Assembly (NCBI GenBank): GCA_951406725.2
Contig: OX597827.1
Location: 48,236,001-48,300,000 of the forward strand
Direction: 5' to 3'
Length of the DNA: 64,000 nucleotides
Source: Octopus vulgaris
Lineage: Eukaryota
A model generated the notes under the pieces. The model searched no databases, was not told the origin of the DNA, and was given only the letters and a program-made list of their open reading frames with translations. Within the stretch, counting starts at the first letter, position 1, and each line of letters opens with the position of its first letter. Positions 15,070 to 29,482 of this stretch are shown piece after piece. Made by a program: the position numbers and the translations under genes.

Positions 15070-17301
15070 AGCCCTGTAAAGAAAATTTGGAAAGTTGACC
15101 CTCCAGCCAGTCTTTTTGCGTTACCCTTAAAGTCAGGAACCTTTCAACACACCCTCGTAAAATTTATGCATACATATGTATGCAGGTACGTATATATATA
15201 TATATATATAATTTCAGCATTCCTGCTAATCGGTAGTTATAGTGAAACATCAAGGTCGGCGTACAAACAATATTTCAAGACAAATACGTACTTGCTAATG
15301 TATATACAGATATGTACATCGGTTGTGCGTACAATCAAAATAGCCGACTGAATTCAAAACGATTCTTCCATGATGCGAATGTATACAAACACTGCACCCA
15401 TCGCACAGCACGCAATGAGCTCCTGATCCAAAGGAATTGCAGTATCCGGGAAAGATGAATGATGAACAATTAACAACAGATGCATTGTGGGCCACTCCAA
15501 CTGTTTCAGATGTGTTTTTATTGATGAATGTGTTACGCCATGTGAAAATTTCCGTTTTCATCGGATGAATATATGTAAGAATTAAGCATTTGGAACATCT
15601 CAATAACAATCCAAAGCGCTATTTTGACTCTACTAACCAAAATTCTGTAAGAAAGTGAATAAAAATTGTACTGTGTAGAATACAAAGAGGAAATCGTTAG
15701 GTGTCTGGATCGGGGAGGGGAGCCGAAGGTGATTCTAGTGGAAGGAGAAATACGGAAGAGACGAGGGTTAAACAAATGTGTAGCATTCTGTTCTTCTTGA
15801 AAAGAATCATAAGTAAGACAGCTTTGTCTCATTTGTAAACACGCGCAAATTAAACACGAATTTGACGATTCTTTCGAAACGGGAATAAAAATGCAGCCAT
15901 CGCCTCGACCGTGGAAGTATTTGTAATATATAAAAATGAAATACAAAACAAATAATCTCCAAAATAATCAATGCCAAGCGGAAAGACCAGTTTTGAGCTT
16001 GGTGCCAAAGAATATATATATTTATGATAAAGCGTTGTGATACAAGACATATATACATATATGTGTGTGATACATGGTCATATATACATATGTGTGTGCG
16101 TGTATGTAGACCACAAACTTAATAAAAAAAAAAATTATTAATATTTATTGTACAAAGCCAGTTCAAACAAAATGTGATATCCAATTAACCAAACAAACTA
16201 AAGATGTAATCTTGAGGTATGTTTACAAATATTTTTGCTTGAGGAGACCAAAATAGATTCGGATATGTCAAAACTATTTTTTGCAACGAATTTCAATTAA
16301 TTCCTCCCTTTTTATCAAAGATGTGCAGAAATCAACCTGTTATATCTCATAGCAATAGAGAATAGCTAGTGAATCTCCACTGATGCTGCTTAAGTTATAT
16401 AATCGAAGCGGTGAAAGTACAGGAGCACAAATATTTTATTGCAACAGATATGATATATCGACGAAGGTTACAAAATTACCACCGACTGGGTTTGGTTCGG
16501 AGATGTTTGAATTGTAGCATGCAATGATTTTGAATAATGGTATAAACATTTGAATTGCATAGATAGTCCTAACGGTTACTCTAACAACTACAATTTCCGT
16601 TTTACTTAAAGCGTTAAACACTCATAACTTAAAATCCTTTTCTAAGAATTTGCATCTACGAACGGAATAGCGTCTTCAAACAGAATTCAAGTGCAACACT
16701 TAATAACAACCGTAAATACTGAGTCTTTATTTGGCATCATACACTTTCACAGAGAATCTATAACTTATTACCACCCCTTCAGCCAGCCCTATTAATGATC
16801 CCCATCTTCTCTACTCCTTAACCACCACGTAGCATATAAACAAATGGTATTAAAACAAAAAGATAGACTAAATAAATAAATATAATGAGGCGAAGTAAAT
16901 ACGATGAATTTTTACTTGCCAAGCCACAAATAAACACGCGAAAATTCATTTGATATTTCCTGGACCAGTGGAAAAGTTGGCAAGCATCCAAGACATATAA
17001 ACACACGCTCATCCCAATCTATTAATTCTGAGCACTCCAGATTCCAGATTTTCAGAATTTAATTTCTCATGTTACTTTGTTTTCCATATTTTCCCTCACA
17101 GGAACCTCAATCTTTCTTTAAATAAAAATCTGAAATTATTTGCTGTTTTTCTTTCTAGTCGTCATCGTCGTCATCATCATCATCACCACCATCACCATAA
17201 TCATTACCCCCATCATCATCATCATCATCATCGTCGTCGTCGTCGTCGTCGTCGACGTCATAACCATCCTGTATATATATGTTTTTGATTACATATGTAT
17301 A

Positions 17302-17483
17302 TTCGCTAGCCACCAAACCTTTTATATTTTCTCTCCCTGTTTATTTCTGTGTTCCTTTCTGTTGAAAAGCGTAGATTCGAAACATAAAACACTTGGTCAT
17401 TTCCTGAGCGTTAATCTAATACTTCTGTTGTTGTTTACACACCCGTTTTCATCTTTTGTTTTGTTTTGTTTTTTGTAAATTCT

Positions 17484-17487
<4 letters not shown>
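17302..17487 (+). mobile_element. Short PLE-terminal-like insertion with degenerate minimal hammerhead
   Basis: CTTT-CTGTTGA-AAAGCGTAGATTC-GAAAC; same family as 41101-41296; ends in (TA)n. Confidence 0.55.
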
Positions 17488-17527
<40 letters not shown>

Positions 17528-17711
17528 TTATATATATATACATATACATGTATCTTAATCAATGAAGTTCTAACTTAGTCTGATTTTCCCTATATATTAT
17601 TTGCATTTTTTTTTAAATTTTACAATTTTTTAATATTGAAATGAGCTAGTACTTTCATGCGTTATACAATCATCAGGTTTATGTAGTGACAGTTGTGTTT
17701 CTCAATATATA

Positions 17712-17880
17712 TATAGTTAATCCAAACATGAAAGCACAAAAAACACAACAACGCGAGGACGTGGAACAAATACAGTATTATTGGACTCTCAGGAAAGTAA
17801 GAAAGAAGGAGGGTTTAACGTTTCGAGTGGAGCTCTTCGTCGGAAACATAGGAGAGAAGGAAAGATACAGAGAAGTGAAG

Positions 17881-17883
<3 letters not shown>
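17712..17883 (-). mobile_element. Short PLE-terminal-like insertion with minimal hammerhead-like motif (17813-17847)
   Basis: Minus strand GTTT-CCGACGA-A-GAG ctcca CTC-GAAAC-GTT-AAAC; (TA)n on both sides; deleted relative at 28579-28740. Confidence 0.6.
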
Positions 17884-17943
<60 letters not shown>

Positions 17944-18865
17944 GTATACATATAAAATTTCATATATGTATATGCATGAATATATATACAGTATATTTAT
18001 ATAAATATATATGTAGATACGCGCGTAGAGTTTGACCGTACTTTTGTAATAGAACAGTTTATATGAAGCATTGTAAAATAGATTGAGAAATGTTTGAGAA
18101 ATTTAGGCCAACGCAAGATAAAAATTCGTCACAGTCTATCGTTATAAATAAATAACTCTACATTTACAACAAAATACTTCGTATGTAAACGAATTAAATA
18201 TTTATATTTTTTACGCTATTGATCACATAGTTCCCTCGACTGGAGTTGAACAGAGGCGATGCAACACCATCTATATTACCAAGCCTAAAAGTATTTTGTA
18301 CGCTAGGTTATATACCCAACCAATCATACAGTTTACATTGTTGATACTTCAAAACTCATAAAGTAGACAATTTTTTCTCTCGTTTAAGAGAGAAAATGAC
18401 GTGACCATACTCCAGACGTTTTATTGTTATTTAATTTTCTGTTTCAAATAAATTTATAGCATTGTACATACATCGTTTACTTGGCTATTTTTCGTTCTCC
18501 CTTAGAGTAAAATCACATAAAATTTCGGACTGGAAATATCTAGTGACAAAAATGAAAACATTTCTTAAAATAATAAAATAATAATGTAGTGATATATTCT
18601 ATTTCATTTAATTTTGTTTCTGTTATTTGTTTACATCTATCACTTCCTAAATATTATTATAGTATATTTGTGTTTAAACATCTGTATTTATATACCGATA
18701 CAAACACACCCCAAACACGTCCTTCTATACTTCCACACATTCACACACACACACATATAGATATATATTTTTAAATATATGTATATTATATATGTATATA
18801 CATATATATTTATACTTATATATGTGTATATATATACATATATCTATATCTATATATATATATAC

Positions 18866-18912
<47 letters not shown>

Positions 18913-18956
18913 CATATATATAAATATACATACAAACATATAGAAACATATATTCC

Positions 18957-18996
<40 letters not shown>

Positions 18997-19069
18997 CATA
19001 AGAGCAAATAAATGGCACAACGAAGTACCGATATTCTTTACTGGAAAGCAATACTCTCGTATTGCATTA

Positions 19070-19106
<37 letters not shown>

Positions 19107-20009
19107 TTTACATAAATGTTTCCCTATACTACATCCATTTATATATCATTTTATATGCTATTGTGATATTGCCTCATATTTACGACGATCACGCGATCGA
19201 AATTTGCATAAATGGCTGTGTAGCGGTAACTTTTAAAACCTCTTCGGATATAGTAAGGAGAAATAAGTTCCTGTGTCCCTAAAAAATCATACCGTATCCC
19301 AGAACGCGTTAAGGATATGTATTTCTCATTGATTTCTCAGTAACATGGATAGCAATATTAAAGCAAAATTTTCCGGAACGTAGTAGTTCGATAAAAAGGT
19401 GAGAAGACTGTATGTTTCAGGAATTGTAAGTAATAAATCATGACATATTACACCTGTTCTTTCGAAAAATCTACAAGATTCCGTGGAAAATATTCATAAT
19501 ATTTAAGCTGCATTTTCTTAACTCTTTCTAAGATTTTGGTTTCTGTCTTCTGGTTTGTTTTTTCTCTGCTTTCTCTTATATCTTGCCATTGACATTGAAC
19601 AGAGCATGGAAAAAAAAAACAAAGATGTCAGCGGAGAATTCGTTGTGTATTTTTTAAAGACATTTGGTTTTATGTGAATGTGTGCATTGGCGTTGTGTTG
19701 CCAGATTTCTAATTTGCTGTTCACACTCAGATATTTCCATAAATACCATATTGCTGCAAATGATTATCGAAACATATTCTTAGTTGCTATCTAAGTACTA
19801 TTCGATAATCATTGAGAATAATCGCCAGGTTTCTCTTTATGGTCGGTAAGTTGATGATGCGCAGATTCATGGTTGTCGACTCCTGGTATTGGGGAAGAGA
19901 TAATAATGGATCGATTGTTATAAAATGCACTTCATTTTCAGTTATTTATTTCTACTCTTATGAATTCACATATTATTGATACCAATCACTGACTAATTTT
20001 ACACGGATA

Positions 20010-20670
20010 CCCCACAGTAGGGTAGAAAAAAAACCTAGTGCTGGTGATTCTCTAGGTCTGCTTCAATATAAACATTCAGAAGAAAAAACCAATTTGAGGT
20101 AAAGGAATTACAACCGTGTTTCGTGGTCTGCTACCACAACAGCTCCTTTATAGGATCCAGTTAGCTCATGACATCATCAGGAGGAACCACGTCCGGTTTC
20201 GGCCCCTACTCCTCTACCGTTTCGACGCCCCACCCCCACCTTCGGTGATGTCTTCAGCTCTGGTTTTGGGTGCATGTCTTCTTTCGTCTGTTCCCTGGCC
20301 TCTTCGATGTATCTTCAGCGAGTGTCAGCCGGCGACTCACTGACTTGTCAAACTTTTCCCTTTAAATACCTGCCGCAAGTCTCCAGCAGGCAGCCCCAGC
20401 AAGTTGTCACGTGACACTGTCTCACCCTAACTAACTAGTGAAGGCACGTAGTTTTAGCCCGCGCTTTTTCTAAACGACCCTCACCTGTCAGTCAGCGAAG
20501 CTGATTATGTGTCAGCTTGTCTCAACTAATGTTGTCATTTCCCGCCGGCATGTTATGACTTTTAAGCGATTTCCGGTCTTCCCGCTTCAGTCATATATAG
20601 AAGCTGGCTTTTTCGACCGCCTTATGTACACTCCTTATTAGTTTTCGCAGCTCGGAGCTAGAAAAAACAA
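20010..20670 (-). other. Unclassified GC-rich island with several CTGA(A/T)GA / CGAAA motifs; possible PLE terminal repeat
   Basis: GC content well above flanks; three CTGAWGA and four CGAAA motifs on the minus strand within 20110-20320. Confidence 0.3.
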
Positions 20671-20676
20671 ACATAT

Positions 20677-21777
20677 TGTTACGGGTTTAATTAGTGCAGT
20701 GTTTCTGACCCACATGGAATTATGGTTCCGGCATGTCTATTAGAAAAGTGACAGTCTTTTGTTCACGGAAGACTAATGGGCTTTGGAGGGACCTTTCTGG
20801 CCCTGTGCGGTCGATTGGAGGTCATTCTAAGCACCCCTTGAAGAAGTGAAGAGGAAGACAGATTAAGGGAATCTAAGAGCAGATGGAGAGGGTATTGACA
20901 GTAGGAGAGAAGGACAGGCAGAGAGTTTGGTAGAGCTGTCATGAGAGAGGTAGAGTATAAGACTAAGGGACAGTTAGAGAGGGTATGAGCGGTACAGAGG
21001 AAGATGAGGGAGTGGAAGAAGCACAGAGACGAAGTGAGGTATTGGCAGTCGTTGAGCGGTCGTCGAGGAACACAGACGGATCTTGGAGTCGCTGGCCGGT
21101 CCTCGAAGAAGACAGACGGACCTTGGATTTAAGGAGCAAGCGTTGTAATTCTTAGGAGCAAGTTGGATGCGAGAAAGCTTGGCGGCACAGAAGGGAATTA
21201 GCAGTATTCAGAGGAATTAGCAGTATTGAGAGGAATGGGACACTGGCAGATTCAATTAGGAATTGAGGTATGTGTTTGTGCATTGATATGTGTAACGGGG
21301 TAAAGAGACTGTAAAAAAACAGTCAAGGACTCTGTCGATGTGGTCGATAAAGGACATTGTGAAGAAGAAGAGTAAAGGACTTGTTGATTGTGATGTTTAG
21401 GAAGAGACTTTAAAGAACTGTTGTCTTGGGACGTGTACTCTTGAATTGTTACATGATGTTGTATTATGCTTTGAGTTGTACTCTTGAAATGCTGTTGTAT
21501 TATGTATTGAGTAGTCACGTGCATGCTTTGATGTATCTTGATGTTGTAACAATTGTAATTGTCGTATAAACTGTTGTTTGAATATAAGCCAGTGTTGCCA
21601 GTTGTTGCCTTGCCTCTTTGGGTTGTATCTCGGGTTGTGCCTCTGTATCTCTGTGCTGTTGAGGTTGTGGCAGTATCTATCTGTATCTCCTCTCTCCGCC
21701 TCTTTGGGTTCCGTGGCGAATTTGTGAGCCGTTCGGGGCGAGCGACGACGGCGGGCGATCCCGTCCGTTTCGTAACA
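20677..21777 (+). mobile_element. Solo LTR (probably Ty3/Gypsy)
   Basis: Termini TGTTACG...CGTAACA, 4-bp TSD ATAT (20673-20676 and 21778-21781), internal short tandem repeats, no coding content; strand tentative (TATAA at ~20955). Confidence 0.85.
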
Positions 21778-23624
21778 ATATAATAGAGTTTATAATTTAC
21801 GTCGATGAAATATAGTCTCTTTCAAATAATTGAAACCCAGTGTGTTGCCAAGAAAAAAATTACAATCTCGTGTCTTTGATGTAATGACCAACTTCACAGG
21901 AAATAATAATAGTCGAAAGACAACCGGTACTTAGACAGAAGCCAGTTGTAACGCCTTCTTTGTTTGAAAACATTTTAGAAAAGGAACAAGTTACATCATT
22001 AGATTTTCCTTATGAGAACATACATTAACGACGGTGTGATCCTATGCAAACCATCAATATCGCAATGCTACGTGAATTCTGAAAACTCTTGACTATTTGA
22101 AAATGTTTCTTGGTCTCAAATTCACTTAAGCGGTTCATGTTCTAAAACATCTCCTAAAAATTTTTGGGTTAAACAGTAATGTTTACCAATGTTTAACTTC
22201 GTTTGGAAGGAGGCACTTGTAATTATAATACAACACTTTTTTATTTGGAGAAATTACCGCACAGATGCATCAATTATGTGTAACTCAAACTTATATTATG
22301 GTGAACTATCATAAATGTTATTTACCAAGCTTTGATCAAACGATTGTGTACAGTTTTTATGTGAAAGTATAATGTGACTTGAGAGAATACCTCTTACCAA
22401 AGCTCGATATATGAAGCAAAGTATTTTTTTGCTTTAGCTTTTATGTACAAAAATGTATGCAAATGAAAGCAATAGTCGGAGTAAACTTCTGCTCGCAATG
22501 AAGCAAGCAGGATTTGCCCATAGATGTTTGTTGATGGCTATAAAATTCTTATATGAAAAGTGGGTGCTATCACTGCATGGGTAATTAATTTACAAGTTAC
22601 TGCTCACAGTAAACTGAAAGAAAGAAAATATTCTCCTGGGTAGAATTTTAAAAAAAACAGAGGGGAAGAATGGGGAAAGGAGAAGGGAAAGGGGAGAGAA
22701 AGGGAGAGAGATATAGAAGGACAGATGTTTCCCGCAAGGGAGCCTAGTAAAAGACAAACCACTCCATACTTGAGAAATATACGGTCATTGACTTATCGTA
22801 TTCTGACAATCGACAATGGGAAAACCCCCCCAAAATATCTACCTAATCTATTAACTTAGAAAATTAAAATCATTCGCACCACTGTTGCCTGAAACCGAAG
22901 AGGGTGGTACGTCTTGGATCAATTTGGATAAAAGAACACCTGCCAGAGTGGAATAGGCTGTGAGCCTGCAGTTGTGTGGTTCAGTAGTCTTCGTCATAAA
23001 GGCATAAAGGCCTATATTGTGCACAAGGAGAATACGTGTTCAAATATGCAACAAGGACGTCTCTCCTGGAGATGACTAAAAATCTGTGCATGGCCAAGTA
23101 TACAACCAACGAAGTGAATGATGACCACAAGTATACTCATTACAGGCGTCCTCAAAAATGACAACTGTGATATTTGAAAACTTAGAAGTTAAAATCATTC
23201 CAAATTTTAGTCCTCAAACTCCATTGTCTGACGCTATGTGGAAACAGCGTGACGTGATACACATGTTATTCTAAAACGAAAAATGTAAAATGTGATGAAT
23301 GAACATAAATCAGTGTCTCGGGGTGATTTTTGTAAATTTTCATTTGTCAACATTTTCCATCGGGTGCTCAGAATATTTTTCCCGTTTCATTCATTTATGG
23401 TGGATATTTTTGGTCTTCCGCAAATAAGTTATTGTATAGTAAAACGAAAAATGAAAAAAAAGCAAAATGCAAAATAGTAGAATAAAAATCTACCAGTTTT
23501 CTCTTAATTCGATCGAGTACAGTAGAATAGATGTAGACGCATCATTTTGTACACAACTGCAAAAACAAATACTTAAGAAAAGATAATTTAATATAATAAT
23601 AAGCGTAGTATTTTTATATGTTTG

Positions 23625-23657
<33 letters not shown>

Positions 23658-25049
23658 CCAAAATTACGGTGTAGGAAAAAGAGTAGTATAAGTGAAGGGG
23701 GAAGAGAGAAAATAGAAATTCAGTGAAGTAGTAATACGAGTAATAGCCCTGACTGAGAGAGAGAGAGAGTGAAAGAGAAAGTAATAGCAATGAGAGAAAA
23801 GAAGTGGCGAAGAACGCGTCTTGATTCTTCTATTTTTCTCCGTCACAACATATGAATGAGAAAGGAAGGGGTGAACAATAAATAACGAGGGAAGGGGTGA
23901 AAAAAATCAGCGTTTTGACTCTGTGTCAGTGTATGTGTGTGTATGTAAAAGGGAGATATGTGAATGTTTGTGTGTGTGTATGTGTGTGTGTGTTTGTAAT
24001 GGAAATGGCACGGTGAAAGTTCAAGAAAAATCCAACAGCATTTCAAGTCTGTTTGAGTATATGTGTGTGCGTGTACAAGGCAAGTGTGTGAATTTTTACA
24101 ACTGTGATTATCATGTACCTTATTTTGTACCTTATTTATCTATAAAATACGCAGCTAATAAGATTATAATCGTTCATAAATCAATATATTTTAGAGAATT
24201 ACAGGTCTTACTATCAACATCAATGTTTCTCAAGCGGAGTCCATATACGATTTTGCTCACGGTTAACTGCAAGATATTCGTTATACCTCCATAATAAACA
24301 AAATATTTTAAAAATTAATTTCTAGAATTTCTAATATTATTTAATCCAACAAATATACTTTAATCATCGAACAGATAGGAGAGTTCATCGGAATAAAACA
24401 GAAACAAAAGAGGTCCATAGGTAGAAAAGGATTCAGAAACACTGATTTAGGTGGTCCACATACAGAGTATAAATACCTGATACTCTTAACGTTAAGATAT
24501 CTCTCGACAATTTCATCAATTTAGAAAGATTATAGATTACAATATAGCACGTCAACAAACCGCAAAGTATTATTGTCTACACAGTATAGCTGGACTTATA
24601 GTTCCTAATGGCCGGAATATAAGATACGTTTATAAAGTCAAACAAATGTAAAACTATACAATAACATATCTGAATATGTAGTACACAGAGCTTACAGACT
24701 ATATAGATTATGGTATTTAAGGTTACGCATAAAACGAACTTAGGAGTATACCACGGAACGGCATTTAAAGTGATTAGAGATTATCTATATATGAAAATTC
24801 CGTCACTCGTGTTATCTATTCTCTTTGGGGCTTTTCTATATTCTTGGCCTCAATCTGTGAGCCACCTTGTCACTCTGAGACTGCTTCTTAAACATTCCTT
24901 TAAATGTGAAAACCATAAACGAGAAAAAATGGTCATACAGATGCAATTTTAGGTATGCTAACTCTCGCATTCATATCCATATATTTATGCTTTGCTTTCA
25001 CTCTCTAGATCTCTATTTAATTATCTATCAATATATATAAATATATACT

Positions 25050-25303
25050 TCTCCTTTATGCGCCCTTTTAAAGATTAGCCAGGCTCATGGACCCGGTTTC
25101 CAGGTTTCTATGGCGTATGTGTTCCCCAGCTGGACGGGACACCAGTACATCGCAGCGTTACTCATTTTTGCCTGCTGAGTGGACAGGAGCAACGTGAAAT
25201 GAAGTGTTTTGCTCAAGAACACCACGAGTCGCTCGGTCCAGGAATCGAAAACACAATCTTATGACCATGGTGCTGACACCCTAACCAATAAGCCACGCGC
25301 CTC

Positions 25304-25308
<5 letters not shown>
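25050..25308 (-). mobile_element. tRNA-derived SINE (family B), full length
   Basis: Reverse complement homologous to 2745-3000. Confidence 0.85.
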
Positions 25309-25397
<89 letters not shown>

Positions 25398-25977
25398 TAC
25401 AGACAGACAGACAGACAGATATGCAGAGACAGTGACAGACAGACAGCGATTTTCATATTTCTTTAAAATTACTTCTGTCTGATATTTTCATCAGATGACT
25501 GTTGTACGATCGTTACCCGAATCTCATTTGCAGTAAGGGTGATGGTGGCCTTAAATATCTAACACTTGAATGTCAATCAATCTCTTATTGCAATCTTTGA
25601 AAATACGTGACAATATTATGAAGTAATATTCGCACGAATTCACCAATTATGAATAATCCGACGAGAGAGGATTTACCGGTTTGTATAATGCCATAATTTG
25701 AAAATATATCGAGACAGAAAAATCGTACTTTAATTACATGACGTGAGAGAAGTGACAGACAGTTCTCTATCACAATGCTACAAATCATTGGACAATTTCT
25801 ATTAATTTAAATACAACTGTCCATGTCATTCGACATCCACTCGTAACAGATTTAAGACGCGTGATTTATGCATTCGTAACCAGAATGAATATAATCCTTT
25901 ATACGTTAAAAATCATATTTCGATATTACTAAGGATATATACATAAATATATACAAATCGGTATATATATGTGTGTT

Positions 25978-26033
<56 letters not shown>

Positions 26034-26135
26034 TATATGTATGTGTGTGTGTGCGTGTGCATGTATGTATGTTTATGCGTGTGTGTGTATAGATATATGT
26101 ACGTATATATCTATTTTATCTCTCTCTCTCTCTCT

Positions 26136-26180
<45 letters not shown>

Positions 26181-26969
26181 CTTCGACTTGAAATAATCGT
26201 CAGCCAACTCTTCGATGAATAATGGCCAAATCATATTTTGTTTTCTATACTAAATTCTACAGATAGTATAATGGAAGCATTACTCACTGGTTCATTTTGA
26301 CAACGCGTACTTAAGGCAAATTTTATGCAGATTGTTTTCTTTTTCTGAACCACCATCATTTATTATACGAAATAGTGAAGTTTACTCTACACCGAACGAA
26401 AATTAGATGCAGTAGTCTGAGAAAAGAATATTCAGTTCTCAACATTATTCAAACATACACATCTGTAAGAATTGCATTTTTACAATGCCCTGTTTCGTTC
26501 CTACCGTTGTTCGTCTTCTTTTTACTTAGTTCGCCTGCACTTAAATCTAACCAGCAGGAATATATTGTTTTTCAAAAACACAATTATAATGTGTAAATGA
26601 ACCTGTTATATATACCTGTGTAGGTGCCAGTTAATCAGGTTTCTACAGATACAGAGCACTAATGCGATAGCATATACCGTCACATTAACAACGGTATAAA
26701 ATGTAGTTTGCTGCAAAATGTTGAGAGATTTCTAGCTTACTCAGTTCCGATGAGGTGTTCTACAAACTAAAGAGCGAATATGAACAAAACAGTAACTGCA
26801 ATCACATCAATCATGATTTCTGTCCAAAGATAATATATGAGAACCGTACCAGAAGAATTATTATGTTCTGTGGAATACATTTAGCGTTTAAAACCTAGAG
26901 TAGTCACAAAATGTTAACAGACTGAATGCAAATATGTGCGCATATATGAGTATACGTATGAATGCTTAT

Positions 26970-27370
26970 TCAGTCAGAATCATCTTCTCTTAGCCCTCTG
27001 AAGTAAATCTAAGGCGCTGTTCAAAAATGTGGGGCGGCATAATATTACCCTTGCCTATGACACACACGAAAACCATTACAATTTGAGGGGAACTTGGTTT
27101 GTCTGATGCCTATGTCCCTTACAATGTTCACAGACTATGGAGCTACCGTGATGATGTCGGCATTTTGACACCCGGCACGAATCGTGATGATACAGTAACG
27201 CTTTTCAAATATCGAGATGGCTTCCGGAACGCCATGTAAGATATCATTCTATCAACTATTTAAACGTTATGCTCTCCAACGCCTTTAACTTTTCACCAAC
27301 ACATCCAGCTGTTTCTGAAAAAAAATCGGAGATAAAAAATCGTGAAATTTAACCTAAACACGCATGCACC
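26970..27370 (-). mobile_element. Very decayed maT/mariner-like transposase remnant
   Basis: Minus strand GNIMPPHIFEQRLR resembles the VMPP.IF..GL.LN segment of the other copies. Confidence 0.4.
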
Positions 27371-28111
27371 CCTACTCTGACTTACATACTTTTGTATATG
27401 TGTACATACGTATTCTAAGTTACTAGCACGAATTGATTACCTGTTTGAGAATGCAAAGCGCAGAAGCTACTCCAGTTTTGGCTTGTTGATGCAGCCACTT
27501 CAGGGAGAAGAGAAACCCAGGGCACTCTACAACTGGCACTATACACCGTACTTATCGAAACGGATGACATAATGAGGTAAGTTGGCCTCAGCTGGATCGG
27601 AACGCAGTGCACAAAGGGCTAAAGCATGTACAGCAGCTCTAACGACATTGCCAACCGACAGCTTATCTTGAAATGTATCAAAAAGTTTAGAATTAGAATA
27701 TTTTGTTCATTGCTTCTAAACTGAAGATTCTATCTTTTGTTTCTCAGTGTTTCTTACTTCTGTTTGTCACAACGACTGTATCTAAAATTAATGTAAACAC
27801 ATCACATAAACCACGGAGTATTGAAAATTGAATTACAGTTGCACTTAAACCATCACCTCTGCAAACATAGAAGGAATAGAAATAACCACAGGCGTAGGAA
27901 TAATTATATGTATTTTGCGGACAGTTGCACCGAAGCCATACAGTCAGCTCTCAATGATTGTTGTTTAATAGTGAGTAAATGCAAGATGTATTCTGTAGAT
28001 GACAAATTAAGATCTACGTCGGTCACCTTAAAGGACATTCAAGGACAGGCATTTCCAAAAGTAGGGGCTCTTCATATCCAAGGATAACGGAAACTCGACA
28101 TATATATATAT

Positions 28112-28457
28112 ATTACGTTATATAATTAGGGTTCAGTAAAAAAATTTACTTTACCACACACCGAACTTTTAGAAATAGCAGCCAAAAAATTTTGCTATTT
28201 CCTCTACTATAAGAAAAGTCTCCCAGACAAAGTATACTCAAAAATAATTCTGGTAGACTTTTCTTATAGTAGAGGAAATAGCTAAATTTTGGGCTGCTAC
28301 CTCTAAAATTTCGGTGTGTGGTAAAGTAAATTTTTTTACTGAACCCTAATTATATAACGTAATGTTTCAAATATACCGTAAATGGTCTTTTTGCATACTG
28401 AACACTACTTGGTAAAATTATTAATTAATAATTAATTAATTTTACCCTTTTATTATT

Positions 28458-28460
<3 letters not shown>
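28112..28460 (+). mobile_element. Fold-back non-autonomous element: ~115-bp inverted arms (28112-28363) plus ~97-bp tail, within (TA)n; relative of 62360-63140
   Basis: ATTACGTTATATAATTAGGGTTCAGTAAAAAAATTTACTTTACCACACACCGAA and its reverse complement; shares CCACACACCGA..TAGAAATAGCAG and CTACTTGGT.AAATTA...ATTAATTAATTTTACCCT with the 62-63 kb element. Confidence 0.8.
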
Positions 28461-28515
<55 letters not shown>

Positions 28516-28834
28516 TATATGTATGTATGTATGCATGTATGTATGTATGTATGTATGTATGTATGCATGTATGTATGTATAGTGAATCCAAACACGGAAG
28601 AACAGACGTGGAAGAGCAATAACGCGAGGACATGGTACAAGTAAAGTATTATCAGACGCTCTTCAGAATTCGAACAAAGTCCCAAAAGAAGGTAAGATTG
28701 GGGAAGAAAATCGCCAACGATTCACATATGGTTACACTTTGGAAGGTAATGCTATGTAACGTCTAATACTCCTTATTATTATTATTATCATCATTATCAT
28801 TATAATAATAATAATAATAATGATAATAATAATA

Positions 28835-28867
<33 letters not shown>

Positions 28868-29041
28868 GATATTATATGTATAGCCTTTTATCCTTTTTTT
28901 CAGTCATTTTTATTGCGGTCATAATAAAACACCACCTTAATATATGTGTCTGCATGTGTGTATGTACTTATTTACACAGACACACACACACACACACATG
29001 CACACACACACACACACACATGCACACACACACACACACAT

Positions 29042-29100
<59 letters not shown>

Positions 29101-29119
29101 TATATATATATATTTAGTA

Positions 29120-29431
29120 CACCGTCACTTACAATGACGAGTAGTCCAGTTGATCCGACCTGTAGATCAGCTGGCACGTGAAATTAATGCAAAAATGGCT
29201 GAGCACTCTACAGACGCGCGTAATCTAAATGTAGGTCTCAGAGATATTGAGCGTGAAACACATAATGTGACAAGGCCGGCCCTTTGAAATGCAAGGACTA
29301 TTAATATTCTTCAACTGGAGCAAGTCGGAATAAGCTGCTTTGATGAAAGACTAAACGCACTGCCGGATATTGACTTCACGACCTTATGACCCGTGAGCCG
29401 AACACCTTAAACACGGAGCCGTACGCCTTCA
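29120..29431 (-). mobile_element. Decayed tRNA-derived SINE
   Basis: Minus strand GTGAAGGCGTACGGCTCCGTGTTTAAGGTGTTCGGCTCAC tRNA-like head. Confidence 0.55.
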
Positions 29432-29434
29432 CAA

Positions 29435-29482
<48 letters not shown>

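Noticed and set aside
15295-15946. Two non-repetitive minus-strand ORFs (104 and 137 aa) as host exons
   Set aside because: No recognisable domain or convincing splice context; cannot be supported without BLAST or RNA-seq
21040-21235. Short direct repeats resembling a CRISPR-like array
   Set aside because: Only two copies each, inside the LTR, with no regular spacers; eukaryotic context
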